Positions 28,252-40,662 of a stretch of 64,000 nt of DNA are shown in pieces (within the stretch, counting starts at the first letter, position 1; each line of letters opens with the position of its first letter). A program made the translations under genes and the position numbers. Below the pieces are notes generated by a model. It saw nothing but the letters and a program-made list of their open reading frames with translations. It ran no database searches and was not told where the DNA came from. Source of the DNA: Bugula neritina (lineage: Eukaryota; Animalia; Bryozoa); assembly GCA_964035545.1 (NCBI GenBank), contig OZ037767.1, forward strand, positions 7,146,707-7,210,706. The letters run 5' to 3'.

Positions 28252-31036
28252 ACAATATAATATTGCTTACCTTTACATGCTTCCAGTTGCTTAGTTTTCT
28301 CACGGAGATTGTCTCCACTACTCTTTTCCTCTGCCAGCTCCCTCTCCAGCTTACTCACTGCAGAGTTAGCTTCATTCAGGTTGTGTTTAAGAGAGCTCAG
28401 CTCAGCCTCACATGTACTAACAGTGTCCAGGGAGAGAGTGAGCTCCTCCCCCACCTTTCTATTCTTCTCTGTCATATCAGAGATCTGAGACTGCAGGTGA
28501 GCTGAGTTGGCCAGGTGTTGCTGGCACTGAGATTGGACAGCTGAAAGATGAGTGTTTGTCTCATGTAGCTCGGCCTCCAGCTCGGCTTTCTGTACGTCAA
28601 ACTCTCGCTTTAGCGAGTCAAGTTCATCCTGTGTCAAAAAAGAAGGGAAAGTAAATTTACAGGCAAAACTAAACCACGAAAGATCAGTAAGATATTAGCA
28701 TGCTGCGTTTATTACTAAGATATTAATGCTGTACCATAATAATAATTGTGTTGTTTATTCCTAGTTCTATTTTCATACATATTGGCTAAGAAGTAAGGTA
28801 GATATGATTAATAATGGTAATATAAGCTAGGAGTTATAAAGATATACAAGATAACTCCTAAATCATATAAATTGCACAATACAATACAATTATCTAGTGA
28901 CAGTAGCCTAGTTCCTATACTATAGTGCTGAAAAGACAAAATAGTGGGGGGGGGGGTGTATGGTGAAGATATGGTGGCCCTGACACAGCTTAAACTTAGC
29001 AAGGGTTCTTACTGAGAGAAGTAGCCATATTGTGCTGCATAAACCTGTATATGATATATGTAACATCAGAAGTGGTGTGAAGAAATATGAGCGTATTTTA
29101 GGCAGTTTTTGTAGAGAAAAACTCCTAAAATTCATTTGATGCGCTTTACTTTTATACAATATCATCAAATTACCAAAAAGGATGTCATCATGACTGAAAC
29201 CAGTTAAACAGAGTCTAGACATTTTTGCATCCGACAGAGAAAAGTTTGAGTTATCTCACAAACATAATGCAAGCTTGATTTACTATGATTTTGCACTTTG
29301 CAAGTTTGAGTTTTTGAAATATAAAGATGGTCAAAATTTTTATGTTCAATCTCTTAAAAAATTTTGATGCTAGAATTTAAAAACTTGAGTCTTTTGAAAA
29401 AAAATACTTTTTTAAATTTTTTAGTTATTTTGTTTACCACTAATCAGATTAATGAAGCAACAATTATGTATAACAATTTTATATCAATACATGGCAAGTA
29501 AAATAAAAGTAGGTATTGCATAACACATTAACAGATTCATATAATATTAGTAAAATGTGTATTTGTTAACTTGACACAAAACAAAACCTAACCAACAACT
29601 AAGCTGGTTTCACTACAACAAATGGGTTAGAAGAGTGGAAAGTGGAAACACTCATTTTGATTTTTTCATTCCCTGGGTGAATGCTGAAAAGTTTAGTGCA
29701 CAGTATGAGCTCAATGGTTTTAAATAAATGGAAACTTTGAAATTGAAATGCTTAGATAAGTAAACCTCCAACATATTTAATGCTAAGAGACCTGAAGAGT
29801 TGAAGCCTGAGATCTAAGACTGTGAATTACATCTTGTTGGTTGGCATCTATAGGATTCCTCTCTTCACAAACATCTGTCTGCACAGAGACAGTTTTATTT
29901 CTTGACTTTCTCTTCGTCTAAGCAATGACAAAAATCACGAAAACTTTTATGGTAACAAAGTTCAATAAAACAAGGAAAGGTAATGTTTTTTTTATAAAAT
30001 TTCAACTGAAAACCGTCTTTGAATAATAATTATATGTTTAATTGCAATAAAAAACAAAATCACCAAACTGTTTATAGGTTGTTGAAACATAACAAACAAC
30101 TGTGAGACCAGTTAGTTAACTCACCGGTTTGGGAAGTTTAAATTCAGAAGTCCTGGTAGAAGAACTGCTAGCAGCAGACCCAACGCTTTCATTATCTGTG
30201 AAACACAAACCAGAAAAAACGTGATAAGAAGACTTGGTGGCTGGTATTAGGCATCAGATCACGTGCTGTGTACCATGTATAATGCATGAGATGCAAGGTA
30301 TATGTGCACAACTATTGCTGAAGCCATCTGTTATATTGCTTTAAATGATAGTTAATCCGCACAAGCCATAGATGCAACTTTTATACTTTACAACTTCATT
30401 TCTAAGCTGTGTTGGCCGATGAAATCAACTCTTGCTAAAAACCTACAGGTGGGAGAATCTAATGCATACTTTATCAACTTCTACAAAACTCACGAGTTTA
30501 GATGGAAATATAAACAGAGGGTATAAATCTTATCCTAACATTATGCATGCAGTGAAGGCCTACTGGGAACCAGTGGTCAAGACAGAGTATGTAGTTATAA
30601 TACTACTATTCTTCAAATAGGCTTCAAAATATTCAACCATCATTGCAGTGTGAACAGATCCGCTACCCGAACAGGACAAAGCGGAGATAGGTGAGAACAG
30701 GCGAGAATTGCAGTGTGAACAGGACAACAGAACACTGTATTAATGTTACCCAGCAATTTACACTTCAAAAGTTTAAAGCAAGTTGAGTACCTGAAGAGTC
30801 AGCAAAGCGATGACCCTTAGGGAAAGATGCCAGTGAGGCTTCTTTGGATAGCTTTACATTATATTCACCAGGTCCAGGAGTCAGATCTAAAGAAAATATA
30901 AATTTGGTAAATTTTCTGCTTGTCATGTTCATCTCATGTGATAACTGCATTTGGCACAAGTTAGGAACAAGTGTCAGTTGAAAATATACTTCTACTCACC
31001 TGATTTGTCTTGAAAACGCTTCGACTTGGAAAACAT
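22705..31036 (-). CDS. HMMR: Hyaluronan-mediated motility receptor (RHAMM), coiled-coil spindle protein, ~13 exons
   Basis: Exon 1 (31000-31036) MFSKSKRFQDKS plus exon 2 (30791-30886) DLTPGPGEYNVK..SFPKGHRF resemble the HMMR N-terminus. Coiled-coil exons lie at ~28271-28628, 27799-27927, 27494-27625, 26803-27021, 26506-26619, 25990-26203 and 25682-25805. The C-terminal LLGHQNQKQKI..EENFQLKKEV..KRKFDPSRAFQKEN..PLK (25142-25318, 22705-22905) matches the HMMR basic leucine-zipper region. A small alternative last exon at 22156-22178 is possible. Confidence 0.9.
23008..23165. repeat. Short dispersed repeat with inverted ends (related copy ~42373-42490)
   Basis: gcagtaatgaagaaattgaga...tctcaatttctccgctactgc. 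Similar internal sequence (accaaaatttata..gaagaacttg.gcta) at ~42440-42470. Confidence 0.5.
26318..26502. repeat. Degenerate (GAGT/CAGT)n microsatellite in HMMR intron
   Basis: Directly visible. Confidence 0.9.
27028..27452. repeat. (AGT/ACT)n trinucleotide low-complexity tract in HMMR intron
   Basis: Directly visible. It produces the Ser/Thr- and Val-rich pseudo-ORFs. Confidence 0.92.
28180..28247. repeat. (TA)n microsatellite
   Basis: Directly visible. Confidence 0.95.
30658..30706 (+). mobile_element. Ultra-short retroposed element with 16-bp TSD
   Basis: atccgctacccgaacaggacaaagcggagataggtgagaa..., flanked by attgcagtgtgaacag on both sides. Homologous to 52865-52909 and 52676-52717. 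Confidence 0.75.
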
Positions 31037-34000
31037 GGCAGACTTTTATGATAAAAATAAACAAAGAATCAATGTCCAGGACTGAAACTATAATGTACAA
31101 AATAATTGTAACTTGATAAATTCTTATAAACTCGTTCGACAGCATTTTGATAATGACAGCTATTGTGAGAAAGTACTTGAGGGACTAGAAACATGCAACT
31201 TTTATTGCACTAATGCATATATACCTTAACTATGTTTCAACCAATACTTGGCTAATCATTATGATATAGAAATATTGTAACATACTGGTTGCATTTTAAA
31301 TTATTGTTTTTGAAGAAAACTGTCAATTTTTAAAATTATCATTAATTTAAAGTAACTAATAATAATAACAGTAGTGTAATTAAAGGATGTTCATGCTTAC
31401 TAAACTGTAAATGTTATACTGCTTCACTTGCATTGTTAAACTTATTTTCAGTCGTAAGTTACTATTTCAGTTTTACAATGTTTATAAGTTATTGATTAAT
31501 GAAATAATGTGTATTTTATAGTAAACGATTATTTGATTTGATTTTACTAACTATTGACACAGGTATAAATATGAATATTTGGCTTTTAAATTACTCTCGA
31601 TGATTTATATTGCTATTGCAGGAGCAGCGAAGGCTTACGTGTAATAAAATTATTGAGCAACAATAAATATTAACTTTGCACCACGATCACCGAGTTGGTC
31701 TGCATCATTAACAAGTGAGCTGATATTGTGTGCATGAAATTTATTACAAAACCAGATTACATGGGCACCTAATCCTGAAACTGCACCTAAATGATAGTTT
31801 ATTGCTACATTATGTTATCAATCACCCCTACTTTAACAAGTAATTATTCGGAATTTTCTTTGCTTTTAAAAGTCACAAATCTTGCAAAAAGACATCTAGG
31901 TTAAAAATGTTGATGGGTAAATGTGGCTGTTATTACATACATCTAAAGATGTAAAGGTTTTCAAGTTGACACAGTTATCAAATGTACAGTAAAGCTACAA
32001 AAACTAAGCATACAGTAGCTTTTTATGTTATACATAAATTTGATAAAGGTGGCATGCAATATGTAAAATCATTAGGTTAGAGTTTTATTATTGGCCCACG
32101 CATAATTTAGAACTTATACATTATTTCATGACTACAAAAAATAATCATAATGTCATACTCTATAGTAGTTATGGTATGAGTGAATATAAGCATAATAACA
32201 ATATAAATATAATTTTAAATAGATGTCAATGATATTGGACTAGAGCAATTACTGGTTTATTTTAGTTCATCATTATTAGTATTAGTAATAAAATTCAATA
32301 AATGAATAATACTAAATATAGACCTGTTATTCATATTCATATTGATATTGTCATACTCATTTACTGATTCTGCTGTTGTGATACTGAAATACAATGATTA
32401 TAAGTATAATTATAAGTATAGGTGTAGCAATCATAACAGCAATAACTGATAACAATAAGAAGTATCACTATCAGTTGAATACCAGTACCAGAGACCAGTA
32501 TGAGTAAGTGTAACTCAGTACTTACCAACTGTAACTGTAAGCCAAGGCAGTACTACTAGTACTCCCAGTACCACTACTAGTAGTAGTACTGCGGTTTATA
32601 CTGTAGTTTACAGTGGCCTACTAGTAACTAATACTATTAGTATTAGTAATAGTACTACTACTACTAGTACTAGGCTACTTCCAGTATGAGTATCAGTATG
32701 AGTATGAGTATCATACTTGAAGCTGATGCAGGATTTTCATTTTCATTTTGATCGTTAAATTTAATTTTATTGGCCTTTGGACAGCAATATGTAATCATTA
32801 TAACTCCTGTTACCTGCAAAGATTAAACCGGTTACAGTGAGATTTGATCAGTATAATAATAATAATAATATGAATGTCAAACTCAAACTGAAAGACGAAA
32901 GCGAATGGTCAAACTCCATGCAGCAATAATTGAATAAACATATTGATTTTGAATTTGATATGTTTGTTGGTACTATAATTATAGACAGTGTTTAAATTAG
33001 GTGGTGCACGGTTCCTATGATTACTAAAACTTGAACTGCAGTACTAATAATATTACTATTACCATTAGTATAAGTATTAGTATTAATACTAATACTAATA
33101 CTAATAGTAATTACTATTAGTATTAGTATTAGTATTATTGAAATTGAAATTGAATGTGGCGGTTGCACAAAATAATTAAATACGGATCGCTGTTAGCTAG
33201 CGCCAGTTTCCTTTATCGACACTTTTATCCAATGAACTGGAAACTATCTTTAGTTCAGGGCTTTTATCTTTCAATAAATGTAATAGATATAAAAGTAACA
33301 AAATTATAAAAAATGACTTTGATTCAATAAATGAAACAATAATTATGTTGTGATCTATACAAAAATTGTTCAAAATTGTATGGACACGACAACTCCAATG
33401 CTTGTAACCATAATATTGTAAAACCTTGGAGTTATCTAAACTACACAATCCTAATAGGCTGATAAGTCCTAAAGTTAATGAGAGTTCAATAGATAGTTCA
33501 CAAATCCCACCCATAAACTTACAACTGCCATAGCACTTTGGCTAAAAAATTAACACGTTTTAAATATATTTATATAATGTTTGATTCGTCTTTTATGTTG
33601 ACATAATCATCAGATTTTATCTATAGAAGTTATAAGGTTTCAGGTAACACAAGTTTACAGTGGGTAAAATATCAAAATTACTTCTTCGGGACATATTCGA
33701 AAGCTTTTATATTGCCAAAAAATAACATGTATCCTGTTGTTGTGCGAAGCACAATGTTTGTGTGGGGTTCTAGTAAGCAATATGCATCTAGTCACAAGCA
33801 ATTCACTGATATTTTCGTGTGTAAGACTTTATTATAAAACTATAAAATATGGCGTAGAAATCTCTATAAGTATTAGCACAAGGTTACTTATCATCACGGC
33901 AAGTATACGCTAACTAACTAAAAATAAATTGTCCTGCTTGGCTTCATCCAATAACTGCCAATCACTCTCTGATTGGCAGGGGGGATACGCATGAGGCGTA

Positions 34001-37000
34001 AGCCACGCCCCATTACACTGTATAAATAGCTTATGGTGTAGTGGCTGTAGGAAGTATACCCCCAACCTCCCATGTATTAAATACCTGCAGCAAAAGACAG
34101 ATTTTATATTATAATTATTGTAAAAGTGCCAAGAGACAATAACTCTGTTAGCAATGCCGCAATCCCCTGCAGCACCGCACCACTCATTACGGTTTGGAAC
34201 TTTCACCTGCCAATCAAAGCCAACCCATCAGATATAAACAGCGCCTTCCGGCGCCCAGTCTCAGTTGGAGGATAACTGTCATGTAGACTAGAATAATATT
34301 GTGTAGCTATTCTATATGTGTGTTCTTTTGCAATTGTTGATAACTTTATTTGTATATAATTAGACATAAAACATAGATCTTTCGCAAACGCCATCTACTT
34401 TGGTTTTCCTCTCAAATCTCGTAACAGGTTATGCAGCAGAAATTCGTGTATACAATAATACCCCACTCTCGTAGTGCACAAAAATACAACAGTATTGCCA
34501 AATAATTTGTATAAATGTTATTCACATGAACTAGCCATAGTGCATGGAAATTCAAATGGCTAAAACTGACAAAAACTGATAAGCTAGTTTGCCTAAAGTT
34601 TCCTTACTGTTCCAACACTTGGGAGTTGGAAAATTTAGAAAGTGGTAAGTTTATATAGGTGGTGCTAAACAGTGTTTGCTCGTGGGTTGAGCACTCAATA
34701 GGACAACCTAAACTTCAGTAAATATCTTAATCTGTATCTTTACAACCTTTCCTCCTTATTTCCTATACAATATAGATCTCGTGCACTCATAAGTCGCACA
34801 TGTATGCGCTTTTTCTATACCATCATATTGTTTATACACACTTACACCATACCCCCCCCCCCCATTAATGGGGTCAAATTGACTTAATTTACTATTGTGC
34901 TGTCTCTACACGACATAGGGAACACTACTAATTAGTAATTGTAGTTAAAAAGCGTAGTAGACCTTATGGGCAGGACAATAATACAAATTCTAATTTCAGT
35001 TGTAGAGTTGTCCTACCTATAAACAATTGGTTTTTTATTATTGGGTAAAACTCTGTTGACACACATGTTTGATGAAAACTTACCAAATATATATTTAATT
35101 TTATCAAAATTAAATATATTTAAAATTATACGAATAAACAGACATTTTCACCAATTTAGTACTGACTGAGTTCAAAAGCGAAGATATTGAGGGTCAAGGT
35201 CATTTCAAGTTTTCCGAATATAATATTGGTTCATTGTCATTGTTAGTGAAACTGCCAATGTATAACTAAAAGTGATGTCAACGATAAGCTTGCTTCCAAA
35301 ATTACATAAAATTAAAAGCATGTAATTATAACGATGAACATTTGGCTGCTGAGCAACACTTAGGTGAGGATTTTTTAATGGTTTAAATAATTCGAGAACA
35401 CTCTGACTTGCAGCTGCAGCCAGACTCAGTCGCAGTGTCTGTTTGACGGCCAGCGTAGCACGTCACGTATGCCCTCGCAATCGTGTACTCTCACTGTTTC
35501 ATTACATTTTAGTTTTATTCAAAACTCAAGGCGAATGTTTGCTTAAGTTTAAGTAATTGAAAAATATTTAACATAAAGCTAAAGGCATAACAATAAGTGC
35601 GAAATCGAGTACCTCACTAAGTCTAATAGTAATAACATTGACAATGACTACGGTCACGTCTTTCGACCTCGACATTCAGTTTCACGTTGACCTTGGAAAT
35701 GTGATTGAATTTCAATTTGACTAATGGTAGTACTTATGCTATGCCTATCACTACGGACAGACTATGATTATCAGTTTCATTATGGTAATCACTAAGCCTA
35801 AGGCTTATTATAATAATAATTATCTTTAAGTTTAAGTTTATTACATTCATAATTTTAATGGTGATACTCATACTGAGTGATACATACCGATAGTGATATG
35901 ATCATTGTTGCACTTAATGTCATTGTCTGTTTCCAATGTTAAACTGAAGAGTAAATTAAAATAGTCGAAATCTGTAGGATTAGGATATCAGTATGATTTA
36001 TCGTTTGAGTTATCACTTTTACTTTGAGGTGACACTGATTGATTATCCAAAGTGTACTATACCTATGTATGTCACTGTAGCCAACTCGGTATCGTGTTAC
36101 CCTAGCTAACAATCAGTGAATCATAATTGTTAGGTGTTTAATTAACTGCGAGTGAGTTGTTGAATTCAAGTAGAACCAAAGAAAGTCATAATGATGGCTT
36201 TAATTGAAATTAATCATGAGGTGCATTAATAATTTTTACTGAGATTAAGTTTAACCTAAAGCTGCTCAATTTTTTTATAAATTTGTCTAATCCTGGTAGC
36301 AGGTCTAATTTTAAACACTGATGTTATAACTAAGTATTATTACTAATTCTTGAATCTATTTACAGTGAAACTTATATTTTTATTTTTTTTTGTCGATGTT
36401 TTTGTTATCACTAAAATTTGTTTAGTTATAATAACAGTTAGAAAAATTCTTATTAAAGGAAAAATAATTAAGGTCACAGGCTAAGAATCAATGCTAAATT
36501 TTCAATGAATGTAGTTTGTAAATTATAAAGGTTTTTGCTTTCTAAGATGAGACTGACTATTTGTTTAAATGTATAGATGTAAATAGCTTTTGAATTTAAA
36601 ATTGGATTAACTACATTTACATTATTTTGTTTGGTGTAAAAATTCATTAAAAATAGGATCCCGTCATAATTGATTCAATTTCTTTTAATTACATCTTTTT
36701 GAAAAAATGATACGTTTTTAATTATTTTGCAAATCAACTTTTGCTTTTGAATTTATATTATTTATAAATATATATATTATTTATAAATATTTTATAAAGT
36801 CATAATGTAAATTATATTAAAATTAAAGTTGGATAACTCCATCAAAAAGATTGATTTGTTGAAGTTGTCCTTTCTTCTAACAAATAAGGGGGGGGGGGTT
36901 GCTTGGTTTGGTTTGAGAGGTAACTCCAGCTCCTGTCAATCTGTAGGAGGTAGAGTTAGGACTTTGGGTTAAGGTATTCATTTGGTGGTGCTCCACAGTC

Positions 37001-37452
37001 TAGGAACCTATGCTAGCACTCACAAACATACTCCCAACACATTCTATTGTGCTCCTACACACAAGTTCTCCATTCTTCCTCGATTACTTGTCTCTCCTCC
37101 ACACTCACTTTTATACTTGCCACATTTATACAGGCCACACCTACACTATATGTAAATGCAACTATAATACTTGAATAGAGTTATGCGCTCTTCATATATA
37201 TAATAACAAGAGAAGATAACTATGACTAAATTGAAAGGCCCGCTACAATGCAATCTTATATCACAACCTCAGGTTTTACCCATTTAGTTGGTAGAATTCT
37301 ATAGTTGACTGAAAATTGCAAGAGTACCTATATCTATGCTTAGTTACGCATTCTCTCATGTGAACATGTCCTTATAAGTTCAGAAGTTATAACTAGGCCT
37401 ATCCTTGCTGATTTCACTCATAATTGAATGAAAGTCCTTGGATATAACCTAA

Positions 37453-37880
37453 ATTGGATCATTTTACTTAATTTAGTACACACTGGATATCTGCAGTTTT
37501 TAGCTATTTTTCTCAATTTAACTGCTAATGGACATGGGTTTTTTGGTCAAAACTAGTAAAACACCAATAAATACACCTAAATAATCAAAGTTCTTTTTAA
37601 TTTTGCTTCATTTCCCATGTTTTTTCCTAATTATTCAGCTACTTTTGGTTGCAGACTGTTACGGTTTTTTCGTAACGGTCCGCACTCCTAATAAGCTAAA
37701 TATTTAAGAAAAAACATGGGAAATCAAGCAAAATTAAGAAGAACCTTAATTGTTTCGGTGTATTTATTGGTGCTTTACTAGTTTTGGGCAAAAAGCCATG
37801 TTCATTACCAGCTAAATTGTGAAAAATAGCTAAAAACTGAAGATATCCAGTGTGTACTAAAGTAAGTAAAATGATCCAAT
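37453..37880. mobile_element. Foldback MITE with TAA TSD (PIF/Harbinger Tourist-like)
   Basis: ~190-bp imperfect inverted arms (attggatcattttactta... / ...taagtaaaatgatccaat), a central small hairpin, and TAA on both flanks. Confidence 0.75.
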
Positions 37881-40662
37881 TAACAACATTTTATCAGCAC
37901 TGACATAAATGATTTTGTTGTAATATGCATAAAGGGATCCGCGACTCAAAATAGTGTATGCTACAACTTGAGTTACCAACTGCTATAGCATTGCATTAAA
38001 AATCGTAATTCCAGCTGGTACCAAATTTTACTACTTTCTAAAAAGTAATGAATTTTTTTTGCCATTATGTGTTGCTGAAAGTTAATTGGCATTGGTGGCA
38101 TTTATTTGATAGTTTAAACAATCTAGTAAAATACATAATCTCTAATTTTTCAAAACCGTAATTTTCAAGGTTGTATAGGAGAATGTTGCATCACTATTCG
38201 TTCATGCAAGTTTCGAACCTGTTTAACTTGCAACAGAATCTTCAAGTGTCTGTAATCAGATGCTGGTCCTGGAATTATAATGGTTCATGATAATGATGTT
38301 GTTTATTCATATCATGTTACAACTTGTGTCCTTTTGCCCATGGATAGAGCAAAGTTTGTGCTACCCCTTCAATAAATTCTAGATTTGGCAATATGTTACC
38401 ACGGTCAATGAAAAATCATTTACAACCTTCCACACTCATTAAAATGTGATGGCAGCAAAGTTGTTGAAAGTATAAAATTGTATGTTCTGTAAAAATATAT
38501 TACAAGAGCCCCAAAACTTGGCTATCTAGGCCCTAGAGTCTTGTCAGTGGTAATCACAATTCACTATGCCCATTAACATTCTCATTTTTTGGTTTTTGTC
38601 AATAAATTTATTCTCACAATTTTATTTGTTCCTGAAGTCACTAAGCAGTTTATGTTTATAGTATTAGTTATGATGTTTAGTTGGCCACTGGTCCCTACCC
38701 TGTAGTCCCCAGAAAGAAATTATACATGTAATAGCTGGTGATTTCAGTTTATTTATTTCTATCCATTATCATTTTTCATGTAATTATCATAACTATCAGT
38801 AATTGCGCAAATCTTACAGCTCATATTTAAGCACAAGTCACCTGGCTCTCGATGAACCTATTCACTACAAAATATTCCACAACTGGTACTGTTGCTTGGG
38901 TCTATGGCTACTGGTTTGTTTTGCAAAGCGTAAAGTTCGAAAGTTGATAGTAATTCATATGAAGTGAAATAATTGACTGGCTTTAATGAATTTTTTGACT
39001 ACCTTAGTTGGTTTTTTAGCCTTCAAGTTTCATATGGATGCTGTCAGAATCTTTCACTTTTTTTGTTTTAAAAGAGCACTAGAAGGGTTTTGTATTGGTG
39101 TTGTTTGAACTCTGTATGATTTATACATATGTCTAAGAATAAAGAAATATACCTTTTGTAAATCCTCTGCCTTATTTTTTTGAAAATGCAAATATACGGT
39201 TTTTACTCAAGAATTGTAACACTTTAGAAATCAGAATCCGCACAAGATGGCTTTTAGATATACGTAAGATTACACTAAACCTTTTGAACAAGCTTGCACA
39301 GCTATACATTTAGAATCTAATAATTTACCAAAATATGGACAGAGCCATCTGTGTTCACTGCATGCATTGACAAAAACTACCAGTAATAGAAATGGATTTT
39401 CAGTTATCAGTTACAGGGAATAAGGAACTTTATTTCTCTCAAAAATTTGTATCATCTAGTCAAAGCATATATACCTTGTGTTTAGTTTATTGCAGTCTCT
39501 TTGTTAAAGTAGATGAAACCAGTTTTTGTGACCAGCTTGGTATCTAGTAAGCATCAGCATCATGTTAACTAACTTAGACAACTGCTCAAAATTACAAAAA
39601 CTAGCAGTTGCATGGAAGATGAAAAAAGTTAAGGAAATTGTTACACATTTAGTTAGTATTGGCATATATCAGGAACTGTAATTATTAGTTAACTGCTGTT
39701 AAGTTAGACTAGTTATATTTCCCAGACTCAAAATTATTGGTCGGAGTGTGCTCGGTATAATGTAATTCCTAGATACAATCATTACAGGTTTTATAAAAGC
39801 AGCATATGGCACATTAGGAAGCATTGACTGGTTTTCCTTCTGATTGTAGTAATGAATATGCTATTGCTTAATTAACACTCAAGTTATTAAAAGCCGTATG
39901 CCAGCACTTAAGATGCTGACACTCGAAACAAACTTGTGTGTACAGAAAATGTATAAAATTTGTATTTGTTGATCTCATTCATGCATATTCCAAAACCATT
40001 CCTAACATGTCCATTTAAATGTCAAGTCTTAATATTCATCAACCAAAAATATCAATTTAATGCAAATACCATCAAATACCTGTAAATGGTTTACATCTAT
40101 GGTGATGTGGTTAGCAGGCACAGAGAATTGGTTTATAGCTATACAGCTTTTTTACCATTTCCTGTTTTACTTTATTACTGGGTACTGAAACTAATTTACA
40201 TCATTGCATTATGGGACTAGATGCTCAACGGATGAATTTGTGGTGGCTGTATGCATAAAGGTATGGGTTCATTGATGCAGCTGTTCCCAAACACCAATGA
40301 AAAATTAATTCGAATAAATGTGATATAGTGCATATCTGGTTCGAGTCGCAAGATGGTCTCAGTCATCACTGCGCTGTGGCTACAATGCCACAAATCCGGT
40401 ATTCAAATCTTGAATTGCTGGGTCAACGATATTTACAAAATTAACAATGTTACAATGTTTCTTTACCTTGGCATTATTTACAGTTTGTATTCAGATGATT
40501 TGTATTGTATTGAGATGATTTGCATGAGCGATTTTGATTTATTTGAGTACTAGTTATGCTCTTATGAAATCTAAGAAATGGCCACCTTACCCAAATTTGA
40601 TCGGTTTTGCTATTGGTATAAAGTAGTAATTTCATTTAAACTGCTTATATGTTGTAGAAAGA

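Noticed and set aside
34203-34270. MFS sugar-transporter-like snippet ETGRRKALFISDGLALIG
   Set aside because: Too short, and I could not find flanking exons or further transporter motifs. Likely chance.
38170-40560. Possible transposase/LINE relic or upstream coding exons of the zinc-finger gene
   Set aside because: All frames I read are interrupted by stops and I recognised no motif. A translated search against Repbase would be needed.
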